This document shows positions 8,833-17,237 of a stretch of 64,000 bases of DNA, one piece after another (position 1 is the first letter of the stretch; each line of letters starts with the position of its first letter). The position numbers and the translations under genes were made by a program. Location: the NCBI GenBank assembly GCA_026387835.1, contig JAPLKZ010000010.1, positions 65,872 through 129,871 on the forward strand, read 5' to 3'. The notes under the pieces are model-generated. The model ran no database searches and had not been told where the DNA came from. It worked only from the letters and a program-made list of their open reading frames with translations. The DNA comes from Candidatus Saganbacteria bacterium (GTDB lineage: Bacteria; Margulisbacteria; WOR-1; JAKLHX01).

Positions 8833-9552
8833 TTGAGAAGATTAAAAGGAGTATTTACTATGTCAATAGTCGATTTCGGGAGACCGATCGGAAGACTCGA
8901 TAAAACTGATTCAAGACACCGTTTCACTCCGTCTCGTGAAGGGCCTATAGCGGCTGCAGTGTTAAAAAAAACAAACATATTGACATATAACGCAGCTCTT
9001 CCTGACAAAATAACAATAAGATGTATAACCGGAAATGAGCATTTAATGTTGCCAAGGGAAGAAGCCGTTCCGATCACAGCCACAGGGGTTGATTTTCTCT
9101 CGGCTTTTGATATCGCGGAAGTGACAGTCGACGCACTGAACCACCCGGAGGTAGTCGGCTTTGCAAAAATAGCGCTTCACTTGTTCGCTAACAATTATGA
9201 GACTATTTGTCATGCGCTGGATCCGGATACGACTATTGCAGGGATTTTCCGGCCATATTCAAATGTTACTACTCCGGAATACGCTATGACATTGCCTAAG
9301 TGGTTTTCTCCCAGGCTTAACGGCGAAGGAGCAATACTTATGACCGGGAAGCCGTTGGGAGCAGGGGAATTCAATACCAAAGGTCAAAAAGTCATCGGCC
9401 TGTTTGCTCAACTCGGGCTTACAATTCCGCCGGAAGATTCGATATGGTTAAGTTGGTTCCGGTTGTGGGACGATGGTGCTGCACATCAGGCAACTTTCGG
9501 GATTCCTTTCCCTTTGCTCACGGCTTATAAGCAACAGAAAATGGGCCAGTAG
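8833..9552 (+). CDS. Hypothetical protein, 239 aa
   Basis: ORF track only. Co-directional with the two preceding genes, with short spacers. Confidence 0.4.
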   Translation: MRRLKGVFTMSIVDFGRPIGRLDKTDSRHRFTPSREGPIAAAVLKKTNILTYNAALPDKITIRCITGNEHLMLPREEAVPITATGVDFLSAFDIAEVTVDALNHPEVVGFAKIALHLFANNYETICHALDPDTTIAGIFRPYSNVTTPEYAMTLPKWFSPRLNGEGAILMTGKPLGAGEFNTKGQKVIGLFAQLGLTIPPEDSIWLSWFRLWDDGAAHQATFGIPFPLLTAYKQQKMGQ

Positions 9553-9561
9553 CTGACCGGT

Positions 9562-10407
9562 CTATTTATTGGAAATATACCCGATGATCTTATAGATGAG
9601 TTTCGCGATCGTATATTCGCAGTGATGCAAATTCGGCTTTGGCGAGAGCTCCACGACATCAAACCCGATAATATTCTTGGCGGAAATAACCGTTCTTAAA
9701 ATATTCAGGACCTGATACCAGTTAAGCCCTCCGGGCTCCGGGGTCCCGGTCGCCGGCATTATGGACGGGTCAAAAGCATCGACATCGAAAGTGATGTACA
9801 CATCATTCGTAAGCTGTTTCGCGAGAGAATTTATCTTTGAGTCATCAAAACTATGCGCATAATAGACGTTGCCGTTAAGTCCGTTGTCTTTTAAATATTT
9901 TATCTCGTCTATGTCCGCGCTCCTGATGCCGACCTGCACTGCGGGACACATTTCCCTCACTCTTCTCATTATGCACGCGTGACTATATTTTGACCCGCGG
10001 TAAGAATCCCGCAGGTCCGCATGCGCATCGAACTGGAGGACGCTAAGATCATCGCAAGCTTCTTTTGCCGCTTTTATTGCCCCGTAACTGACCGAATGTT
10101 CCCCGCCTAATAGGACCGGGATCTTTTTATCGGACAATACTTTTTTTACTGTTTTGTAGACCGTGTTATGAGGATCTTTAGTCAGGACCAGCGGAGAGAG
10201 GACGCTGATACCGTATTTTTTATAGGGCTCGCACCCCAGCTCGATATCGTAGTCTTCAACTGTCTGGGAAGCTTTCAGTATCGCCGAAGGTCCTTTCCTG
10301 GTGCCTTTGCCGTAAGTAGTCGTGGCTTCATAAGGAGCGGGGATGATAATAAATTTGGAAGAAGAATATTTGCTGAACTCAGGTTCTATTTCCAGGAACC
10401 TTTTCAA
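9562..10407 (-). CDS. speB: Agmatinase (ureohydrolase family)
   Basis: GGEHSVSYG, FDAHADLRD and DVDAFDP...PGGL are the arginase/agmatinase Mn-binding motifs. Confidence 0.85.
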   Translation of the reverse strand: MKRFLEIEPEFSKYSSSKFIIIPAPYEATTTYGKGTRKGPSAILKASQTVEDYDIELGCEPYKKYGISVLSPLVLTKDPHNTVYKTVKKVLSDKKIPVLLGGEHSVSYGAIKAAKEACDDLSVLQFDAHADLRDSYRGSKYSHACIMRRVREMCPAVQVGIRSADIDEIKYLKDNGLNGNVYYAHSFDDSKINSLAKQLTNDVYITFDVDAFDPSIMPATGTPEPGGLNWYQVLNILRTVISAKNIIGFDVVELSPKPNLHHCEYTIAKLIYKIIGYISNK

Positions 10408-10868
10408 TGATAGACTCTCGGCTGCACCTGCTTCACGTCTCTTCTTTCCTTTGAAACGATCTCGGCTGCTTTCTGGATGTTCCTGGGGAACTCCATACCG
10501 CGGGACGACAGCTGCACGTCGTAGTTGGCGGCCTCGAAAAGGTCGATCATGAAAGCGGTCGCCGGCGCCGTGTCAAAGTCCTTGCAGGAGAAGATATCGA
10601 TGAAAGCGTGCTGTTTTTCAGGGAAGGTGTGTATCGTTATATGGCTTTCCGCTATCAGGACCACCCCGGAGATGCCGTAATCCTCGGGCACCACGCCCTG
10701 ATACTTGAAAACGTAAGGCGGCATTATCTTGGTCATTTTGATCGTATCGGGGAATTTGTCGAGCGTGTCGAATATCAGGTCCATATCGGAGAGTTTTTCT
10801 TTGTTGCATCCGTAGCAGTCTATCATCAGGTGCGGACCGAACCCGTACTGGACTTTATCTTTTTTCAA
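10404..10868 (-). CDS. speH: S-adenosylmethionine decarboxylase proenzyme (small SpeH/SpeD type)
   Basis: GVVLIAESHITIHTFPE contains the ES/HS autoprocessing site. 4-nt overlap with speB. Confidence 0.85.
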   Translation of the reverse strand: MKKDKVQYGFGPHLMIDCYGCNKEKLSDMDLIFDTLDKFPDTIKMTKIMPPYVFKYQGVVPEDYGISGVVLIAESHITIHTFPEKQHAFIDIFSCKDFDTAPATAFMIDLFEAANYDVQLSSRGMEFPRNIQKAAEIVSKERRDVKQVQPRVYH

Positions 10869-11010
10869 CTTGTTCTCTCACTTCCTTTATATATAAATAT
10901 GTCTACAAAATTATTCTAAACTAACCAGTACGATTGTCAAGCGGTTTTTTGCGTATTCATACAATTTGAAAAAAAAATCCCGTTATGGTATTCTGAAAAC
11001 AGAGTGATTT

Positions 11011-12480
11011 ATGGAAGATGACCAAAAAAACGGCAGCTCATTCACGCCTCCCGGTCTCGAGGGCACTTCGATCGGTTCCCTGAGCTCAAGGGAAGGCCTT
11101 AACGAGCTGGACGCTCTTATAGCGGAGACCCTCAGCGAATCAAAGACAAAGGAAAGGCCCGCTTCGGCTCAGAAAGAAAGCGCCTTCGCGGCAACTCCTT
11201 TCACCATAAAACCCGCCGCCCCAAAACCCGAGTTGCAGCCCAAAGAAGAGCAGACGGTCATGAAACCTTCACAGGAGCCGGCCGCTGCCGTTAAAGAAAT
11301 AAAGGCGGCGCCGCAGGCCGAGACCACAAAAGACCGCTATGACAAGACCTTCAAGACATATAATTCAGGCGATATTGTCAAAGGCACCGTTGTCAAGATC
11401 GATCCAACCGGCATCCTTGTCGATATCAATTACAAATCCGACGGTCTCATCCCGAGCCACGAGATCGGCGACAGGGCCCTTAACGTGGGAGACAAGATCG
11501 ACGTGCTCATCGACGCGGTATCGACAAAAGAGGGGCACGTGCTGCTCTCTCTCAAGAAAGCGGAAATAGAAGGCAAATGGAGGGCTCTGTACGATTCATT
11601 CAGGTTCAAGACCGCTCTTGAGGTCAAGGTCACTTCGGCGGTCGGCGGCGGCCTGGTGGTGGATTTTTCGGGTATAAGAGGTTTTGTCCCGGCATCGCAG
11701 GTCTTTAAAGGGCCGGACACTCCCCTTTCGGATTTTGTCGGAAAGATCATTCCGGTAAAAGTCTTAGAGATCGACCGCAGGTGCAGCAAGATCATAATGT
11801 CTCACCGGCTCGGCAACCAGGAAAGGCAAAAAGTCGACAGGGAAAAACTGTTCGACCAGATAGAGATCGGCCAGGTCCTCAAAGGTACCGTCTCAAATAT
11901 AAAAAAGTTCGGCGCGTTCGTGAACATCAACGGCATCGAAGGCCTTGTCCATATCAACGACCTCTCATGGAAACGGATCGACGACCCGTCGAAGGTCCTC
12001 TCTCCGGGACAGGAGATAGAGGTCTTTGTGATAGGCGTCGACAGGCAGTATAAAAAATTATCCCTGGGATTAAAACAGCTCCAGCCGGACCCCTGGGCGA
12101 ACGCCGCTGACAAGTACCGGCCGGGACAGTTGATCGAAGTTAAGGTACTGAGATTTGCCAAGTTCGGCGCTTTTGTGGAGATCGAAGAAGGGATCGAAGG
12201 CCTGATACATAACACCGAGCTTACCTCCAAGAATGTGCAGAACCCGCAGGAAACGGTAAAGACAGGCGATATTGTCAAGGCAAAGGTGCTGCGCATCTCG
12301 CCCGACGAACAAAAAATTGGACTGTCTATAAGAGAAGCGGAGATCGACGAAGAAAAAGCACAGGTAAAACAGGCGCAGCCCGCCGCTAACGGACCTAAGA
12401 TAACTATAGGCGATACCGTAAGCGAAGATATCAAAGAACAGCTGGCAAATCAAAACAATGGACTTCCTGAACAGGCTTGA
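11011..12480 (+). CDS. rpsA: 30S ribosomal protein S1 (four S1 domains) with a roughly 110-aa low-complexity N-terminal extension
   Basis: Repeated GxxVxGxV...GLxH/GLIH S1 OB-fold units (GDIVKGTVVKI, GQVLKGTVSNI, GQLIEVKVLRF, GDIVKAKVLRI). The N-terminus is Pro/Ala/Glu/Lys-rich. Confidence 0.85.
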   Translation: MEDDQKNGSSFTPPGLEGTSIGSLSSREGLNELDALIAETLSESKTKERPASAQKESAFAATPFTIKPAAPKPELQPKEEQTVMKPSQEPAAAVKEIKAAPQAETTKDRYDKTFKTYNSGDIVKGTVVKIDPTGILVDINYKSDGLIPSHEIGDRALNVGDKIDVLIDAVSTKEGHVLLSLKKAEIEGKWRALYDSFRFKTALEVKVTSAVGGGLVVDFSGIRGFVPASQVFKGPDTPLSDFVGKIIPVKVLEIDRRCSKIIMSHRLGNQERQKVDREKLFDQIEIGQVLKGTVSNIKKFGAFVNINGIEGLVHINDLSWKRIDDPSKVLSPGQEIEVFVIGVDRQYKKLSLGLKQLQPDPWANAADKYRPGQLIEVKVLRFAKFGAFVEIEEGIEGLIHNTELTSKNVQNPQETVKTGDIVKAKVLRISPDEQKIGLSIREAEIDEEKAQVKQAQPAANGPKITIGDTVSEDIKEQLANQNNGLPEQA

Positions 12481-13243
12481 CCAGGCAGGCGAAAAGAATG
12501 ACAGCCTTCTATGCGTCGGGCTCGACATAGACCTCGCGCGCATGCCGAAAGAGTTCCTTTCAAAAGAAGACCCGATCTTTTCATTCAACAAGATGGTGGT
12601 GGACAAGACCAGAGATCTTGTCTGCGCGTATAAGCCGAACATAGCTTTTTACGAGATGTACGGCATCTACGGCCTGCAATCGCTGATAAAAACAATAGAG
12701 TATATCCCCGACGAGATACCCGTCATCCTTGACGCCAAAAGAGGCGACGTGGGCCATACCGCGGGCGCGTACGCGAAGAGCGCCTTTGAAGTATTCAAAG
12801 CCGACGCGACAACGGTCAACCCGTACCTCGGATATGATTCGATAAAACCTTTTCTTGAGTACCGGGACCGCGGCACGTTCATCCTGTGCCTTACATCAAA
12901 CGCCGGGTACCGCGACTTCCAGGACAGCGGGGACGAAAAAGTTCCGCTCTATATACACGTGGCAAAGCACGTCAAGGAATGGGATATATACGGCAATTGC
13001 GGTCTTGTGGCGGGCGCGACGAATCCCGGTGAATTAAAAAAGATCAGGGAGATCGCTGTTAATATGCCTATCTTGATCCCGGGCATCGGCGCGCAGGGAG
13101 GAGACCTGGAACAATCTGTAAGGAACGGGATCACAAAAGACAAGAACAGGGCTGTGATCAATTCATCGCGGTCAATAATCTATTCGGATGACCCAGCCAA
13201 AGCGGCAAAGAAATTAAGGGACGAGATCAACAGGTACAGATAG
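12458..13243 (+). CDS. pyrF: Orotidine-5'-phosphate decarboxylase
   Basis: LCVGLD...ILDAKRGDVGHT...PGIGAQGG motifs of OMP decarboxylase. Confidence 0.85.
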   Translation: MDFLNRLDQAGEKNDSLLCVGLDIDLARMPKEFLSKEDPIFSFNKMVVDKTRDLVCAYKPNIAFYEMYGIYGLQSLIKTIEYIPDEIPVILDAKRGDVGHTAGAYAKSAFEVFKADATTVNPYLGYDSIKPFLEYRDRGTFILCLTSNAGYRDFQDSGDEKVPLYIHVAKHVKEWDIYGNCGLVAGATNPGELKKIREIAVNMPILIPGIGAQGGDLEQSVRNGITKDKNRAVINSSRSIIYSDDPAKAAKKLRDEINRYR

Positions 13244-13994
13244 CTTTTTTAAGTTCTGCGATAAACTTCGGCACTTTCTTAATATTTTCATGAATAAGCT
13301 TGACTATCGCGCTCCCGACAATGACACCGTCAGCATGTTTTGACACTAATCCGGCCTGCTGAGGGGTCGATATTCCAAAACCCACAGCGATCGGTTTATT
13401 AGTATATTTCCTGATCTTTTTGATGACCGCCCCTATTTCACCGGAGAGCTGCTTTCTTTCTCCCGTGGTGCCTGTCAGCGACATCATGTAAATAAATCCT
13501 CTTGAATGCCTTGCGGCCATCCTTATCCTTTCAGGGGCACTGTTAGGCGCGACGAGGAAAATGAGGTCGACACCTTTTTGCTGAGCTTTCTTGCTGATAT
13601 CTTTTGCGCCTTCGATCGGCAGGTCGGGAAGTATCAGGCCGTCTACCCCGGCTTTTGAACTGTCATTTATGAATTTTTCTATGCCGTAAGAGAACACGAT
13701 ATTATAGCTTGTCATCAGGACGATCGGGATCTGCGTTTTCTTCCTGATCTTTTTTACCGCCCGGATGACCTTAGCCGCATTTGTGCCTTTTCTTATAGCC
13801 CTTTCTGCCGCCTCGGTAATAGTCGGCCCGTCCGCTATCGAGTCCGAGAACGGTATGCCGATCTCTATGATATCCGCCCCGCTTTTTTCAAGTTCCGGGA
13901 CAAGCGTTTCGGTCTTAGAAAGCGACGGATCGCCCGCCATGATGAAAGTTATGAGGGCCTTCCCTTTTTTGAACGCTTTTGAGATATTGGACAT
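13227..13994 (-). CDS. trpA: Tryptophan synthase alpha chain
   Basis: ALITFIMAGDP, IEIGIPFSDSIADGPTI and GFGISTPQQ motifs. Lies apart from trpF/trpC. Confidence 0.9.
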   Translation of the reverse strand: MSNISKAFKKGKALITFIMAGDPSLSKTETLVPELEKSGADIIEIGIPFSDSIADGPTITEAAERAIRKGTNAAKVIRAVKKIRKKTQIPIVLMTSYNIVFSYGIEKFINDSSKAGVDGLILPDLPIEGAKDISKKAQQKGVDLIFLVAPNSAPERIRMAARHSRGFIYMMSLTGTTGERKQLSGEIGAVIKKIRKYTNKPIAVGFGISTPQQAGLVSKHADGVIVGSAIVKLIHENIKKVPKFIAELKKAICTC

Positions 13995-14025
13995 TTCAAG
14001 AAAAGTATAACATTAAACGGGGCCT

Positions 14026-15252
14026 TTAGAAATCGCTGCTGCCCGTCAGATCATGGGCATTCGCTGAGGTGATCCTTGCTTCGGCAATGTCCCCGGACCT
14101 GAGCCGCCTTTTTGCCCTGACAAGGACTTTTCCGTCTATTTCCGGAGCGTCGCGGAAACTGCGGCCGACAAAATATTCTTTCCCGTGGTTTTCGATGATG
14201 ACTTTGACGGTCCTGCCGATGAACGCCTTATTGATCTTTCTTGATATCCCCTCCTGCATCTGCATCAGTTTCCTGACCCTGGTATTCTTGATCTTTTCGG
14301 GGACCTGGTTCTCCATCTTTGCCGCTGAAGTGCCTTCTTCCCTGCTGTAGGGGAACACGCCGACCCTGTCAAATCCCATCTTTTTGATGAAGCCGCGCAA
14401 TTCATTAAAATCTTTTTCAGTCTCTCCCGGGAACCCGGCGATGAAAGTCGTCCTGATACAGATACCCGGGACCGTTTTTCTTAATTTTGAGACCAGACGG
14501 GTCAGGTCATTCTTTGAATATTTTCTGTTCATCGATCTTAATATCTTATCGCTCGCGTGCTGCATCGGGAGGTCGATATATTTTAAGATCTTTTGTTCTT
14601 TGGCGATGGCATCGATCAGAGCGTCCGTAACATGCTTCGGGTGCGCGTACATTATCCTTATCCATTCAACTCCTATTACGGCCGCCGTTTTTCTGAGAAG
14701 ACCAGGAAGATCGGGGTATGCGGTAGTATCCTGCGCGATATAGATTATCTCTTTTACTCCTTTTTTAGCCAGCATCTTTACTTCCTTCAGGATATCCTCA
14801 GGTTTTCTTGAGACCCGTCTTCCCCTGATCTTCGGTATCAGGCAATAAGAACAATCATTGTCGCAGCCTTCCGAGATCTTAACGTAAGCTGTCCACGGGC
14901 GCGTTGCTTTGACGCGCGGAGATCTTGAATCGTAAAGTTTTATGCTGTCGACGAACGAATTTACTCCGTCCATTTTTATTCTTTTATTTTTGATCCCCAG
15001 GTATTTTGGCAGGCATCCCGCCACATAAAGTTTCTTGCATTTTCCTTTTTTCTTCCAGGCGGCCATTTCACCTATCACTTTTTCCGCTTCGTCCCTTGCG
15101 GTCTTAATGAAAGCGCAGGTGTTCACAATGATGATCTCGGCCTCTCTGGGATTTAAGGAGATCGTGTGCCCGGAAGCCGCCAGATGGCCCATCAGCACCT
15201 CCGAATCGGTGAGATTCTTAGGGCAACCGAGACTTACAACATATGCCTTCAT
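14026..15252 (-). CDS. rimO: Ribosomal protein S12 methylthiotransferase RimO (MiaB family: MTTase N domain, radical SAM, TRAM)
   Basis: MKAYVVSLGCPKN start, radical-SAM CDNDCSYC, and a C-terminal TRAM domain. The start was moved to the Met at 15252; the ORF-track extension to 15687 runs through a tRNA and repeats. Confidence 0.8.
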   Translation of the reverse strand: MKAYVVSLGCPKNLTDSEVLMGHLAASGHTISLNPREAEIIIVNTCAFIKTARDEAEKVIGEMAAWKKKGKCKKLYVAGCLPKYLGIKNKRIKMDGVNSFVDSIKLYDSRSPRVKATRPWTAYVKISEGCDNDCSYCLIPKIRGRRVSRKPEDILKEVKMLAKKGVKEIIYIAQDTTAYPDLPGLLRKTAAVIGVEWIRIMYAHPKHVTDALIDAIAKEQKILKYIDLPMQHASDKILRSMNRKYSKNDLTRLVSKLRKTVPGICIRTTFIAGFPGETEKDFNELRGFIKKMGFDRVGVFPYSREEGTSAAKMENQVPEKIKNTRVRKLMQMQEGISRKINKAFIGRTVKVIIENHGKEYFVGRSFRDAPEIDGKVLVRAKRRLRSGDIAEARITSANAHDLTGSSDF

Positions 15253-15366
15253 AATAAAAGTATAACAGGGATAAGACCTGTTTATCGCAGTGAAAATTGA
15301 AATAACTATGTTTGTTATATATAATGAGGGAGAGCAGCGAGCCGGATTATTTCCGGCGAGCGTTGA

Positions 15367-15386
15367 GAGGGATCCTTCCCTCTCAA
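15367..15386. repeat. Perfect 8-bp stem / 4-nt loop hairpin (gagaggga tcct tccctctc) between rimO and tRNA-Ser
   Basis: Read directly in the sequence. No flanking T-run on either strand, so it is not called a terminator. Confidence 0.5.
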
Positions 15387-15411
15387 AACGAGCGAGCGGA
15401 AGCGAGCGAGT

Positions 15412-15501
15412 GGAGGGGTACTCAAGTGGCTTAAGAGGGCGGTTTGCTAAACCGTTAGTGCGATGTAAGTCGCAGCGAGAGTTCAAATCTCTCCCCCTCC
15501 G
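15412..15501 (+). tRNA. tRNA-Ser (anticodon GCU), class II with a long variable arm
   Basis: Acceptor GGAGGGG/CCCCTCC, anticodon stem GCGGT/ACCGT with loop TTGCTAA, T-arm GAGAG-TTCAAAT-CTCTC, 22-nt variable arm. Confidence 0.85.
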
Positions 15502-15525
15502 ATTGAGCGAAGCGAAAGCGGAGAG

Positions 15526-15553
15526 CCCCCCGATCAGATCGGGGGGCTTTTTT
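15526..15553 (+). terminator. Rho-independent terminator after tRNA-Ser
   Basis: Perfect palindrome CCCCCCGATC-A-GATCGGGGGG followed by CTTTTTT. Confidence 0.6.
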
Positions 15554-15781
15554 GCGTCAGCAAAAACGGGGTGAGATTTGAAAGGCAATTTGCCGCCGAG
15601 CAAAGCGAGGAAAAGCAATCGATACCCGAGCCCAAGCGAGGTGAGATTGCGACAGGCAAATCGCCATGGCCCGAAGCCCCCGCCCAAAGCGGGGCGCTTG
15701 CCCCGAGCGAATGGTGAGCGACCCTGAGCGAGCGAACGTAGTGAGCGAGTCGAAGGGGAGTCGAACCAGAGTCGAGGGGGA
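15554..15781. repeat. Degenerate repeat field rich in GAGCGA / CCGAGC-AAGCGAGG / GAGTCGA units, ending in a decayed copy of the tRNA-Ser 3' half
   Basis: Many reiterated AGCGAG and GAGTCGA motifs. Its end runs into the 15782 repeat as GGGGGAGGTCAAATCCCTGCCCGCCG (15775-15800), which resembles the tRNA 3' end GAGAGTTCAAATCTCTCCCCCTCCG. No acceptor pairing, so not an intact tRNA. Confidence 0.5.
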
Positions 15782-15930
15782 GGTCAAATCCCTGCCCGCC
15801 GAAGTCCCGATCTGATCGGGACGAAGGAGGGTCTCCCCCTCCGTTTTTTTGCAATATAAGGGCAATAATTTGTTGCTCTTCTTTTTTCGTCTAACAATTA
15901 CACCGTTGGTAGGTGTGGTCTTTCTAACAA
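15782..15930 (+). repeat. 149-bp direct repeat, copy 1 (GATC-palindrome hairpin, GC hairpin with T7, and a promoter-like TTGTTG-N16-TAACAAT)
   Basis: About 93 % identical to 17238-17386. Contains GTCCCGATC-T-GATCGGGAC (15804-15822) and GGAGGG-TCTCC-CCCTCC-G-TTTTTTT (15826-15850). Confidence 0.8.
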
Positions 15931-16027
15931 TCTTCTACCAAAATGCGGTAAAAACTTAACAGTATATTGAAGAATAGAGGCGTTATTTCTTGGTCCGGTG
16001 AACATTAATTAACACACTTTAAGATTA

Positions 16028-17116
16028 TTATTTGGCTCCTGCCCTGATCAATATCTCCACGATTTCTTTTTTTTTTTTTTTTTCTTCTTCATCATGGTGG
16101 GGGTTATCTGTTTTTCTTAATATTGATGCATATGAAAGAGCTGTTAATCTAAGATCATCCTTTTCTTTCAAATCAGCTCCTGCTTCAATAAGTGCTTTCG
16201 CTATCTCCGCATGTCCAACAATTGCTGCCGCTATTAAAGCCGTATGTCCTTCATGCCCCTTCGCATTCAGATTAGCCCCTGCTTTTATCAGTGCTTTTAC
16301 CGTCTCTGTATGCCCAAGAATTGCTGCCTCTATCAAAGCCGTATCGTCATTATACTTCTTTGCATTCACATCAGCCCCGGCTTTTATAAGTGCTTTTACT
16401 GTTTCTGTGTTGTTAACTGCATGTATTAGAGCTGTGTAACCATATCTACTCTGGACATTTACATCAGCCCTGGCTTTGATAAATATATTAACCAATTCTG
16501 TATTCATTTCTTTATCCCATAATTTTGCCGCCGCTATGATAGGGGTATCACAATTCTGATTTTTTATATTAACATCAGCCCCGGCTTTTATAAGTGCTTT
16601 TACTACCTTTATATTCCCTCTTTCTGCTCCTCTTACTAGAGCTGTGCTGCGATAGAAATCGGTTATATTCACATCAGCCTTAGCTTCAATAAGTAATCCC
16701 GCTATTTCTGTATGCTCTTTAACTACTGCCAATATTAGGGCCGTTTGCTCATCATTATTCTTTGCGTTCGCATCAGCTCCTGCTTTTATAAGAGCTTTTG
16801 CTATATCTGTATGGCCATTGATCGCTGCCTCCATCAGAGCCGTCGTTCCAGTATCGTCCTTGGCATTCACATCAGCCTTAGTCTCAATAAGTGCTTTTAC
16901 TGCTTCTACATGCCCATTGATTGTTGCCTTCATTAGAGCTGTTTGCCCAGATTTATTCTTTATATCCATAACTAACATTGGTGGTGCAAGCTGTGCAAGC
17001 AACAAAGGTCTTTCATTGTCCGAAGGATTTTTAACCTCGACATTCCCCTGATTGTTTATCCGCCCAAGATAATTAACGCTCGTGAAACTCATATTATTAC
17101 TCACTGCTTGTGTCAT
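16028..17116 (-). CDS. Ankyrin-repeat protein (about 9 ANK repeats), with no signal peptide
   Basis: Repeated G-TALM-A...GH...VKALI-AGADVNAK units. The C-terminal KKKKK is encoded by an A17 run. Confidence 0.85.
   Translation of the reverse strand: MTQAVSNNMSFTSVNYLGRINNQGNVEVKNPSDNERPLLLAQLAPPMLVMDIKNKSGQTALMKATINGHVEAVKALIETKADVNAKDDTGTTALMEAAINGHTDIAKALIKAGADANAKNNDEQTALILAVVKEHTEIAGLLIEAKADVNITDFYRSTALVRGAERGNIKVVKALIKAGADVNIKNQNCDTPIIAAAKLWDKEMNTELVNIFIKARADVNVQSRYGYTALIHAVNNTETVKALIKAGADVNAKKYNDDTALIEAAILGHTETVKALIKAGANLNAKGHEGHTALIAAAIVGHAEIAKALIEAGADLKEKDDLRLTALSYASILRKTDNPHHDEEEKKKKKEIVEILIRAGAK
16067..16083. repeat. 17-nt homopolymeric T tract (A17 on the coding strand) inside the ankyrin gene's 3' end
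   Basis: Counted directly. It encodes EEEKKKKKE, and a length change would alter the last 12 residues. Confidence 0.8.
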
Positions 17117-17237
17117 TTTATTCTCCTTATCAGATATTCCTCAGTAGCTATATATCGATGCTATTTTTATGAAATTTCAATTGATTTTAATTAGCAATTT
17201 TAATAACCAGGAAATATTTTAGCCGTTACTAGCGAGA

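Noticed and set aside
15253-15687. ORF-track N-terminal extension of rimO (553-aa version)
   Set aside because: It runs antisense through tRNA-Ser and the repeat field. The canonical RimO start MKAYVVSLGCPKN is at 15252.
15740-15800. Possible second tRNA or tRNA on the minus strand (GAGTCGAACC / GGTCAAATCC T-loop-like strings)
   Set aside because: No acceptor-stem or T-stem complementarity could be built on either strand. Interpreted as decayed tRNA-3'-half-like repeats, not a functional tRNA.
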